Source of the DNA: Cladosporium halotolerans
Taxonomy: Eukaryota
Direction of reading: 5' to 3'
NCBI RefSeq assembly: GCF_011745625.1
Contig: NW_027191479.1
Span: 300,382-320,381, forward strand
DNA: 20,000 nt
The translations under genes and the position numbers were made by a program. How positions within the stretch are numbered: position 1 is the first letter of the stretch; each line of letters starts with the position of its first letter. The notes beneath the pieces are model-generated. The model saw only the letters and a program-made list of their open reading frames with translations. It did not search any database and had not been told where the DNA came from. Below are positions 1-9,887 of the stretch, in pieces.

Positions 1-603
1 AGCCGAGCGTGCTGCAAGTGCAATACAACTTGTTCAGCAGAAGAGGCGATGAAGACCTACTCCCTCTGTTGCGCAAGCATGGCATGTCTCTGTATGCCTA
101 CTCGTAAGTCGGTTCAAAGATTTCGCACTGCAAACTATGCTGACTCAGGAACTAAAGCCCAGCGGCGGCTGGAATGCTGAGTGGAAAGGTCAACCGCGAC
201 GTCGCGGACGACACCGAGAGTCGCTGGTCCAAAGAAAGCTTCGGAGGCCAGCTATATGTGGCGCGTAGGTTGTCACTGTTGCTATGATTGCTCCAAAAAC
301 GATGCTGACAAGCTCGACGAAGACTACCACAACGATCCAATCTTCGATGCCTCAAGGGCTATTCGCGAAGTAGCCGCGAAGCATGACATCAAGGGCCATG
401 CGGCCGGTATTAGATGGGTGGTCTATCATTCGCCATTGTCCAATGAGCACGGCGACGCTGCCATTCTTGGCGCCAGCAGCGTCGAGCAGCTGAAGGAGAA
501 CTTGGAGGCTGTTGATGCGGGACGCTTGCCCGATGAAGTCGTCAAGACGATTGAGGATGTTTGGCCGACGGTGAAAGAAGTTGCCCCGTGGAGTTGGTTG
601 TAG
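1..603 (+). CDS. Aldo-keto reductase, AKR7/aflatoxin B1 aldehyde reductase-like (3' part; gene begins upstream of window)
   Basis: Exons <1..103, 158..264 and 323..603; introns 104..157 (GTAAGT..GCTGAC..AAG) and 265..322 (GTAGGT..GCTGAC..AAG). The spliced product reads PSVLQVQYNLFSRRGDEDLLPLLRKHGMSLYAYSPAAAGMLSGK...IRWVVYHSPL...GDAAILGASSVEQLKENL, matching AKR7-type motifs. Confidence 0.9.
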
Positions 604-648
604 ATCAAGTAGCCAATCAGGAATGTTACAAGCGGTTCTGCACAAGAA

Positions 649-1345
649 CTAAGAAGAAGGAAGCAATCTCGAACGCTCGGTGATCTCCTCCTGTTCACTG
701 CGACTCGCCAAGCTTTTGCGATGGAACAGTTTGCGAAACGTCGCAGTCCAGGAAGGCCGTGCCCACGGCTTCCCCTTCCTGCTGCCATCATCGGAGATCT
801 CTACGTCCCAGCCTTGCGCGGAGCCAGTACCATACGTCCGGTTTAGGGCTCGAATGCACAGTATGATCGCGTAGAAGAGAAATAGGGCAAAAATCGTTCC
901 GACAACCGTCACAATTACGCTGAGTAAGGTCGCGGTCGAGCATCCGCAGCCAAGGGCCCTAGTGCGCAATTCGAAACGCTCCTGTCCAAGCGGGCAAGCA
1001 CCGGGCTTGAACACCGGGTCCAGGAGACTGGAGGCGGGCACGCAAGTGGCGCTCTGTCCAGCGCGGTCAGCCGAGATAAGCATTGGGAGTGAACAGGGCT
1101 GGACGCTGGTGTTGGATGTCCATGAGGGATATGAGGTCGTCGGGGGCGTGGCGGAGATGCGCAGATGGAGGGTGCGTCGTATGTGAAGACCGGCAGAAGC
1201 GCACACAAAAAGGTATCGATGAACCTACCTGGCTACACCAACCGCAGCCGTGATGGCTCCTCACGCAGGAACTGCAGTTCTGCTCCCTCCAGCATGCCTC
1301 CAAGCGAGACTGCTGCACGTGGCTGGCGGGCCGCGCGGTGGCCAT
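649..1345 (-). CDS. PSI-domain (Cys-rich) single-pass membrane protein, ~173 aa
   Basis: Exon 1345..1229, intron 1228..1054 (GTAGGT..GCTGAC..CAG), exon 1053..649. The join gives CWREQNCSSCVRSHHGCGWCSQ|SATCVP (PSI pattern CxxC..CGWC..C), then a hydrophobic segment (LLSVIVTVVGTIFALFLFYAIILCI) and a C-terminal ERSRLL. The start could be an in-frame ATG slightly further upstream. Confidence 0.8.
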
Positions 1346-2034
1346 GACGGTGAGACTCGACGGTGGAGAGGTGGTAGCAGCAGAGTATAGCGCAGTTAAG
1401 CGGCGGCCCATGCGAACAGAGGCACGAGAGGGTGCCAGATGCGGATGGAGCAGCGGCGTCAACGGGCAGTCAACGGCGTGGAGGTGGTCAGCACGGTCAG
1501 GAAGAGGGAGCACCTGGCAGCCTGAGGCGCAGGAGATGCCTGGACGTCGCCTCGCGCGACCGGGGTGCGGCGTGGCTGAGACAGGGCGGGGTTCCCTTGG
1601 TCGTTGCGGCCGTCGCCCGGGCGTCGCAGCTTCGCTCGCTTGGAAGCTTGGCACGCCGCCTGGCCGCGTTCCCCAAATACCACCGAGCCCGACCTCATCT
1701 ATCTGAGTATTGCTGCGCTCGGCACCACCACGCAGCCTGCCGCATCCATGCCGTCCCTCCCCGTAGCACGTCGCAGGTATGCGTCGACCGCGCACCCTAC
1801 CTATCGCGGTGGGTCAGCGAAAACTCAAGCCCGCCCGTTGCTTCACGGACGGCACGGTGCAACCGCTGAGACATGAGACTTATATACGCCCGCCGGCTCG
1901 TTGCTCTGCACAGTGAGACTACAACGCTTTCCATTCTTTCCTTTTGGTATATCAGCTCTTTGACAGAGCGTCCATTCGCTCCTTCGGTTCTTCGTCTATC
2001 ATTCTCTGCATAGAAATCCTCCCGGCGAGGCATC

Positions 2035-4930
2035 ATGCAGTTCATTACTCTTCTCCCAGCTCTTTCCCTCCTTTCTGGAGCCTTGGCTCAATCCGCCTAC
2101 ACCGACGACAATGACATCGAATACACCAACGCCTACACCGACGACAATGACATCGAATACACCAACATGAAGCTCTCCACCGATGTGGGCAGCGGAGCCG
2201 GCGAGTTTGGCATTGCGCTGCCGCCCGCGGATGCCGACGACTTCAGCGATGAATACATCGGACGCATGGTCGTTCCCATCCCGAAGCCCGGCACCTGGTT
2301 TGGTCTCACACACCTGGCTGGAATGACCGGCAGCGTCATCCTCCTGGCATGGCCCAACGGGGAGGATGTCATGACCAGCTTCCGCTACGCAACCGGCTAC
2401 TCGTCTCCCGCTCCCTACACCGGAAATGCCACCCTCGGCCAGATCTCCAGCTCCGTTAACGACACTCACTTCGAGCTTACCTACCGCTGCGAGCACTGTT
2501 TTGTTTGGAGCCAGGATGGAACTGACGGAAGCCAGATCCCTAGCACAAAGGCCAACGCCAGGCAGGTCTTTGGTTGGGCGCAGGGAGCAGAGGCGCCTTC
2601 CGATCCTACCGATCCGGACAGCGCTATTGCTCAGCACGCGACCGCCAACATGCTCGCGCTGGGCATCGAGTCGGCCCGTAACGCTGCCTACTCTGACTGG
2701 ACGGCCCTTGCCACAGCCACTGAGGACCCTGCCCCCACCGGCACCTCCGGCGGAAACGGCACCACCAGCGCCGCTCCCACCGCGGTTGCCTGCCCGGACA
2801 CCAACAAGAACGCCAACCAAACTTACGACTACATCATCGTTGGCTCCGGAGCTGGCGGTATCCCCGCCGCCGCTAAGCTCGCCGAGTCTGGTAAGAAAGT
2901 CCTCCTGATCGAGCGTGGCCCTGCTTCTTCTGGCCGTTGGGGCGGCACCATGAAGCCCGACTGGCTCGTTGACACTAACCTCACCCGCTTTGACGTCCCC
3001 GGTCTTGACAATGAGATTCATGTCAACTCCGAGGGAATTGCTTGCACTGACTACTCCGTCATGGCTGGATGCGTTCTTGGTGGTGGCACTGCCATCAACG
3101 CCGGCCTCTGGTGGAACCCCACTCCCCTTGACTTTGACGAGAACTTCCCCGCAGGATGGAAATACGAAGACATGGAGCCCGCGATCGGCCGCGTGTTCGA
3201 CAAGATCCCGTTCAACGATCGCCCGTCGATGGATGGCAAACTGTACAAGCCCCAGGGTTACAACATTGTTGGTACGTATCAGTACTGAGCATTCGTGACA
3301 CATCACAGACTAATCCAAACTTACAGCTGGCGCACTCGAGGCTGCTGGTTGGAAGAACGTCTCCGCCGGCCTTCAACCCGCTGAGAAGAACCTGTCTTAC
3401 TCCCACCCGAACCACATGTTCTCTCACGGCGAGCGTGGTGGTCCAATGGCTACTTACCTCGTGGATGCCAAGGACCTCCCCAACTTCACACTCATGGTCA
3501 ACACTACTGTCAACCGTGTCATCCGTGATGGCAGTGCTGCTACCGGTGTCGAAGTCGAGGCTTTCCTCCCTGGTGGCCAGTGCGGCAACATCAACCTGGC
3601 CACTGGTGGCAAGGTCATCCTTTCTGCTGGCGCCTTCGGATCTCCCAAGATTCTCTTCCGCTCTGGCATCGGTCCCCAGGATCAGCTCGAGATCGTGAAG
3701 GAGGCCGAGGGCGATGCCATGGTCGACGAGGCACAATGGCTCGACCTTCCAGTTGGCAAGAACCTTGACGACCACGCAAACACCGAGATCGTCATCACCC
3801 ACCCCAACGTCGAGTTCTACGACTTCTACGCCGCCTACGATGACCCCATTCCTTCGGACGAGCAGAAGTACGTCGACCAGCGCTCTGGTATCCTCGCACA
3901 GTCTGCTCCCAACCTTGCCGCAGTCTTCTGGCACGACCAGGTTGGCCCGGATGGCATCACTCGTACCAGCCAATGGACCGCTCGCGTTGAGAGCAGCCAC
4001 GGCATCAAGAGCAACAAGTCTATCAGCTTGTCCCACTACCTTGGTCGCGGTAAGACCTCTCGTGGCCGCACCACCATCACTAGCGGCCTCAACATGGTCG
4101 TTTCCGACACTCCTTACGTCAACAACGAGAACGATCTTGCCGCCACCAAGGACGCCTTCCGCACCGTCATTGCCGCCCTGTCCGCCGACAAGCAGATCGA
4201 TGTCGTCGTTCCCAGCAAGAACACAACCCTTGATGACTACCTGGCCGACTACTCCCAGACCACCGGTGGCCGCACCGCTAACCACTGGATGGGCTCTTGC
4301 AAGATGGGTACCGACTCTGGTCTCAAGAACGGTACCGCCGTCGTCGACACCGACACCAAGGTCTACGGCATGGACAACCTCTTCGTTGTTGATGCTTCCA
4401 TCTTCCCCGGAATGATCACCACCAACCCCAGTGCCCTCATCGTTTCCGTCGCCGAGCATGCCGTCGAGAAGATCATGGCTGTCAGTGGCGGGAATGGTAC
4501 CGGAGCTGCCATCGAGGAATCGGCCGCTGGCGCAAACGCCACGTCCACTGCTAGCCCCAAGGCCCCCCTCAACACCGCTCCCGCCGCCACGAGCACTCTC
4601 ACAGCCGAATCCACCGCTCCGGCGGGCAACGCAACTTCCGCAGCCGCCACCGGCAGCAACGCCAGCAGCACCGCCAGCAGCACCGCAGTAGTCTCCAGCC
4701 CCGCTGACAACTCGTCTGCCCCTGCCAACTCTTCCGCCGCTCCCGCTACCACATCCCTTGCCGCCGACGCCGCTGCTCCCACCGCTTCTAGCGCGAGCGG
4801 CAGCGGTCAGGCCGCCAAGATGTGGCAGCAGTGCGGTGGAAACCAGTACGATGGCCCCGCCACGTGCGAGCAGGGCGCGACTTGCAAGAAGTGGAGCGAC
4901 TACTACTCGCAGTGCGTGAAGGCGGAGTAA
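2035..4930 (+). CDS. cdh: Cellobiose dehydrogenase (AA8 cytochrome + AA3_1 flavin domain + C-terminal CBM1), 946 aa, secreted
   Basis: Exons 2035..3271 and 3327..4930; intron 3272..3326 (GTACGT..CTAAT..CAG). Signal peptide MQFITLLPALSLLSGALA; likely heme ligands Met (AGMTGS) and His (IAQHA); FAD motif YDYIIVGSGAGG; TRFDVPGL and GCVLGGGTAINAGLWW; catalytic ANHW and TNP; CBM1 WQQCGG..C....C..WSDYYSQC. Confidence 0.96.
2095..2166 (+). repeat. Perfect 36-bp in-frame tandem duplication (AYTDDNDIEYTN x2) within cdh
   Basis: GCCTACACCGACGACAATGACATCGAATACACCAAC occurs at 2095..2130 and 2131..2166, identical. Confidence 0.97.
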
Positions 4931-5384
4931 TCCGCTTTCGCTGCTGTTGTTGATGAGCTTGCGTTGTTATTTACTTTCTTGGTTGGTTGGCTTTCTCGCG
5001 CCAACCGATACCGACTCTTCATTTTGGATTCTACCCTGTGACAGTACTTTTAGCGGAGCGCTTTATACCTTTTGTTGTTGGTTGACTTTTGAGGAGGTGA
5101 GACGTGGCTGGGCGGGCTTCTGATAGAGCCGCTGCCAGATTTGGGAGGAAACGGGATTGATACATACTCATCGCTTTATGTATGTTTTCGAAATATGACA
5201 TCCTCGACCCCATCTTTACTTCACTTGTTTCAATATTATCATTTCTCCTGATCGTAACGTTCTTCTCATCAAATCCGTATTTTCCAAGATTATCGTACGT
5301 ACATGGCTTCGTGCAGTAAATACATAACACACCGCTTCACCTTTCGCTCCTCACATCATCTTCACTTCAAAATATCAAACCGCC

Positions 5385-6699
5385 CTACTCCTTCCCCAAT
5401 CCCCTCAAAACCTCAACAGCATCCTCCAGCTCCTCCTCATAGACGATAACATGCCCGGCCCTCGCGGTGCTCAAATAGCTCATCTCGAAACCAGGCGCTC
5501 CGCCCATCCCGATTTTTCCTTTCATCCCTCCTACCAACCCCGCTGCGACGCCGCACACGATGCCGGTACTTTGCAGAGGGAGCTGGGATAAGTCAAGCGT
5601 GATGGGAACTTGCACGGGCCCTTCCTTTCCCAGGAGCACGGTGTCGGGGAAGATTGGGAGGAGACTGCTTTCCAGCGTCAGGGATGGGGAGTCGGTTGCT
5701 GTGAGAGTCAAGGAGAGGACAGTCGGGGGAGCAGAGGGAGAGGTGAGAGTTGTTAGGAGGGCGTGCTGGAGGATTGACTGCGTGGGCTCCGAAGAGGGCG
5801 TGCTGTCTTTTATGCCCGCGCAAGTCACTAGCTGGATGTCAGGGTCGACGTGTGGTGTAATGGAATGGGTTTTGAGGAGGGCAAAAGTGCGGAGTTGCAG
5901 TTCTGAGACGGTTGCTGGAGGCGGGGTGCTTGGTGGTTGGGGCGGGAAGTCGAAAGAGGACATAGAAGAGCCATTTCGGTGGTTTGGGTGCAGCAGCGGC
6001 GATGCTGGGTTCGTCATGGTGCTGGCACCAAAGCCGTTGGGGTCTTCGGAGTCGGATTCAAAGAGGAAGCCGCGGTCTTCAAGGGCGTGGATGACAGTTG
6101 CGCGAGCTTTGAGGGGGACCAAGATGAAGTCAGACCAGTAGCTCGTGATGAAGAATATGGGTCTGTACGGGATGTCAGCAGAGGTGATACCCTGGACACG
6201 TTGGGCACACTCACATTTTCGCAAGAGCCAGAGGGCTGCTGAGGTCGAGCACTCTTTGCCCAGCGTCGAGGCCCTCTCCGCCGATGACGATCGCGGAGTA
6301 GTCGTCCCTGCTTACCGTGACGCTCTTTTGGAGGTCCGGTCTCAGGCCTGCTATTACAGGCATGAAGAGATCGTCTGCTTGATCTCGCGGGCACGCGATT
6401 GAGCACTCGTCGTGTGCGATGGAGATGTTTACGAGAGGATGCCAATACTCCCAAGGCTTTTTGGGCTCTATAGGGTCGCCTTCGGCGTCGAGGTTCGTGT
6501 TGTGAAGGAGGAGTTGTGCGATTGGTTGGAGGAAGTGGGAATATGCAGACATCGGGATGTGGATCAAAGCAATGTGAGTGTCCTATTGTATGGTCAATGA
6601 CGGAGATCAGTATGCTGGAGGGACGACGGTGCGCACGAGAAAGCTGATCTGGGCGTTGAGTAGAGTCTGCGACTCGGCCATCATCATTGGGGAGTCCAT
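5385..6699 (-). CDS. CASTOR/GATS-like ACT-domain protein (putative amino-acid sensor), 402 aa
   Basis: Exons 6699..6637, 6582..6215 and 6162..5385; introns 6636..6583 (GTGCGC..TAG) and 6214..6163 (GTGAGT..GCTGAC..CAG); phases are consistent. Product MDSPMMMAESQTLLNAQISFL|DTHIALIHIP..., with ACT-type motifs GQRVLDLSSPLALAKIPIFFITSYWSDFILVP and LPLQSTGIVCGVA...MSYLSTARAGHVIV. Confidence 0.88.
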
Positions 6700-6845
6700 G
6701 GTGAACCGATGCTGCTGATGATCGACTTGAGAAGGATCGGTATGTCCGACGTGAACGTTGACTGTTGACTGACAATGGACCGTCCAACGACCAGCTTTGT
6801 CGAGAAATGGCTGTCGCAGATGGCAAAGCAGACAACCAGGGCTAT

Positions 6846-6908
6846 TCAGCGGTTGACTTGCTCGACAGGCAAAGGATAATCGGCGTACGTCACGGACTGA
6901 AAGTTCAT
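6846..6908 (-). promoter_or_regulatory. Candidate uORF MNFQSVTYADYPLPVEQVNR* in the putative 5' leader of the CASTOR-like gene
   Basis: This is the only minus-strand ATG between 6700 and 7440. It has G at -3 and 20 codons, and its TGA lies 146 nt before the main ATG in a different frame. That it lies within the mRNA is inferred. Confidence 0.55.
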
Positions 6909-7382
6909 GTCGCTGTAATATTATCGTCTCACTGCTTGGGAGTGCAAAAAGAAACGGTATCCAAGAGCGGGTCGCAATCAGCGGGGTTGCGGCAGGAGGG
7001 ATTCCAGCGGGCTGAAGACGTCGACCTTGATGTATGTTGGAATCAGGAAACCGTAGCTAGGGCAGCTCAGCTGAGGGCAAAGACGTCAGACACGGTACGG
7101 GTGTCGTGAGTATAGTCAGTGCGCGTGGGAGTGCAGTCCGCAATGGGTGGGAGTGCAGTTGGTGGCAGCGCCCGAGTCCGGGGAATATGCTCGTCGACGT
7201 GGGGCCTCGCAGGTGGCGGCGAGTCGCGACCAGTGGGAGCTCGTCTGCCCCTCGCGCAGAGCTGCAGGCGTGATCCGGCCGGGTCGGGGAGAAGTGACTT
7301 GCAGAGTGGGATGATGCGCGCGCCGAGAGGGAGCGGGTGATGCTTGGCTGTGAGGGCTGGGGGGAAGGATGAGATTGTGGTG

Positions 7383-7389
7383 ATATATA
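7383..7389 (-). promoter_or_regulatory. Possible TATA box of the CASTOR-like gene
   Basis: GTATATATCA on the minus strand in otherwise GC-rich DNA, followed by C/T-rich sequence typical of fungal TSS regions. Confidence 0.35.
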
Positions 7390-8350
7390 CGGAAGGGCTA
7401 CTATAGGGAAACCGGCGTGACGATTGCGATAATGAGCGTGCATGCGCCTCGCGTGTACTGTCTGCTTTCTGGTATGGCCCGGGTAGGGATGGGCCGATAG
7501 GGCGGCGGTATTGTGGGCCGGTTACCTCAAGCTTGATAGTAACGAATTCGAAGCGCCTACCTCCTCGGCGCACATGGCCTGGAGAGCGCATTGTCTGGTG
7601 ATGGGCGGTGGTGAGACGGCGTGTGCGAAGGCGGTGGCGGACGGCATGGGATGGTCGACGTCAGCAGCTGAACAGGCAGAACGCGCGCCAGTGCGGACAC
7701 GAGGGCGGGTGTGAGGCGATCACGAGGTGAAGTCGAGGAGGGGCTGGTGCGAGTGCTGGTGCTTCGCTTCGCGTGGAGGCGGCCGTGGGAGGCTTCAGCG
7801 CGGGCTGGCAGAAGTTGCAGAGCAGGCTGGCCCGAGTTTGGTAGGAGGAATTGCGCCGCTTTCCGGACGGCGCGCCGAGTCTACACGGCTTCGCCGACAG
7901 TAGCCTATCTACACCAGACACTCGCCCTATAGGAGGTCGAGTCCTCGACTCAACGTAAATCGCAAACTAGCGGGATCACTCTGTCGCATGAGTTGCTGCA
8001 TCGGCGTAGCCTTAAGGCGGCCATGCGCCTGGATGGATCGAGCAGCGAGAGTCTGCGCTTCATGCGTGCCCAAGGCCTGCATGAGTGCAGATGCAAGGAT
8101 GCGAGGGCGAGGCGAGCTGATCCGAATGCTTTTTCGCCGCCTGCCTTTGTGCGTCGCAGTGATGTAGCGTGGTGCCGTGGACTTCTTGCTTGCCACGTAC
8201 GCGCTGTGCTTGAAGGACGGTCCACGCAGTGTGGACGTCCATCTGCAGGCAAGTCTGCGGGCTCACTTCAAAGGCATCATGGCTCGTCCGGAGATCCACA
8301 TGACCGCTCATCACAGCCGCTTGGCCCTCGATTCGTGCCGGCTGTGGCAG

Positions 8351-8948
8351 TCATCCCATCTCACTCCTCCCAAAAGCCCGGTCCATCGCATGGCCCAGCT
8401 CATCCGCAGTGCGCACCTGCTCCTGCTTCTTTTTCGCATCTTCCTCCGCCTCGGGCTGGTCCATCAAGTCTACCTGCCCGCCTCCGACCGCCTGAGACTC
8501 CTGCTTCTTCTGCGGTTGTAGCAACTTGGCCTCACTGTCCAGCCACCCGGGCGCTTTCCGCCTCTTGTCCTGCAACTCCCGCTCCTTGATGCCTTCTTCC
8601 CATTCACGCACTTTCTTCTCGCCGCCTTGTCGTTGCGATGACAGTTGCGAGAGCAAGGCCCTATTCTGGGCCACGATGGCTGACGGGTGTGCTGCGAAGC
8701 CGCTGGATGATGTAACGTATGCCGGCAGCTCGGGATTGGAGGGTGCAGGCGCCGCATGGATTGATGAAGGAGGCAGCGTGGATGGCAAGGACGCGTAGTT
8801 GTGGGGGAGGGTTGGCGGCTTGGGCAGGTCGATGAAAGGGTTGACGCTCAAAGGCGTTTGCTGGAGGAACGGGTGCGCTGGGGACGGTTAGCGAGGTGAA
8901 ATGACCATTCGAGGATGCGGACTAAGGTGACTCACCATCGTCGTGCAT
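8351..8948 (-). CDS. Hypothetical protein, 179 aa, resembling an uncharacterised fungal family
   Basis: Micro-exon 8948..8936 (ATGCACGACGATG), intron 8935..8878 (GTGAGT..GCTAAC..CAG), exon 8877..8351. Product MHDDAHPFLQQTPLSVNPFIDLP... has a Pro-rich N-terminus, a coiled-coil-like segment and an RRKAPGWLDSE motif. Confidence 0.82.
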
Positions 8949-9127
8949 ACTTGCAGGATTTCTTATGGGCTGTGCAATTGTGCGGGCTAGTGTTGTTGCC
9001 GGATGTTGTTTGGTGACGAATGTCCTGTTCGCTGCAAGCCGCAGCCTGGCTTCGCCCGCCGAAGTCGATGCGCGCTTCGGCTATTGAGCTGTGGCTTGGC
9101 CGTGCTGTGATGTGCCAGGAGCCTTCC

Positions 9128-9887
9128 TCACAATGTAATAGCCAGAGCCAGCAGCAAGATCAACACGAAGATCAAGACTCCAATGCAACAGCTAGACCAT
9201 TTATCTGATCGTCAACGTCAGCATCACCACCCAAATCACGACTCACAGCCGCGGAGACTCACCCTCGTTCTTCCGAATCACGAAGTTGATCTTCTTCATT
9301 CCCGTCGCCAACTTCCCCTGAACCCTCTCCGTAATCCCATCCACGTCGTCCAGCATGTCAGCCTGCTCCTCTAGCTCCCTGCCCATAGTATCTGCTTGCA
9401 AGCGCAAGTTCCCCACCGTCTGAAACACCCCGTCTAGCGCCTGGTCCTGCTCGTGCATCATCTCCATCTGCCGCTGTTCCTCGAACTGCCCGTACTCGTC
9501 TTCTTCGTCTCCGTCCCCGCCAAAGGAGTCCGGGTGCGCCAGTGCGCTCTTGTGCGCGACAGTCTCGTTCAGCTGCTTATGCATGTCCTCGATCTCCGCC
9601 CCGATGTCTTCGACCAACTTGCGCCGCCGCGACACCTCGTCGATGTCCAGCCCATATTTGTAAGGGTCGCTCTCGACTGCTTTCACGCTGTCGATCAGGT
9701 CTTGCAGGTCGGTCGAGAGATCTGTAAGGTTGGATTCGAGCTCTTGTCGCGCTTCCACGAGTTGAGGGTTGCTGGGCGAGGACGCTGAGGACCGGATGCG
9801 CAGATAGGAGGTGAAGAGAGGCCGAGTCGAGTCTAGTAGGGAGAGTACGTCGGATTGGACTTGGAGAAAGGGATCTTCGGAGGACAT
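9128..9887 (-). CDS. TLG1: Qc-SNARE Tlg1/syntaxin-6 orthologue, 233 aa
   Basis: Exon 9887..9263, intron 9262..9205 (GTGAGT..GCTGAC..CAG), exon 9204..9128. Syntaxin-6 N-terminal EDPFLQVQ..DLIDSVKAVESDPYKYGL, SNARE motif EQDQALDGVFQTVGNLRLQADTMGRELEEQ, and tail anchor EDKWSSCCIGVLIFVLILLLALAITL. Confidence 0.93.

Noticed and set aside
1350..2030. Several 80-240 aa ORFs and possible cellulase-regulator (CGG-type, CreA) sites
   Set aside because: GC-rich divergent promoter giving Arg/Pro-rich spurious ORFs. I found no exact CLR/XlnR consensus, and SYGGRG matches are too frequent to be informative.
1999..4459. Long antisense ORFs (435 aa and 415 aa) opposite cdh
   Set aside because: These are shadow ORFs produced by the strong C-ending codon bias of cdh; they carry no recognisable motifs.
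7450..8350. Overlapping short ORFs between the CASTOR-like gene and the hypothetical gene
   Set aside because: No motif, convincing exon structure or codon bias; more likely 3' UTR and promoter.
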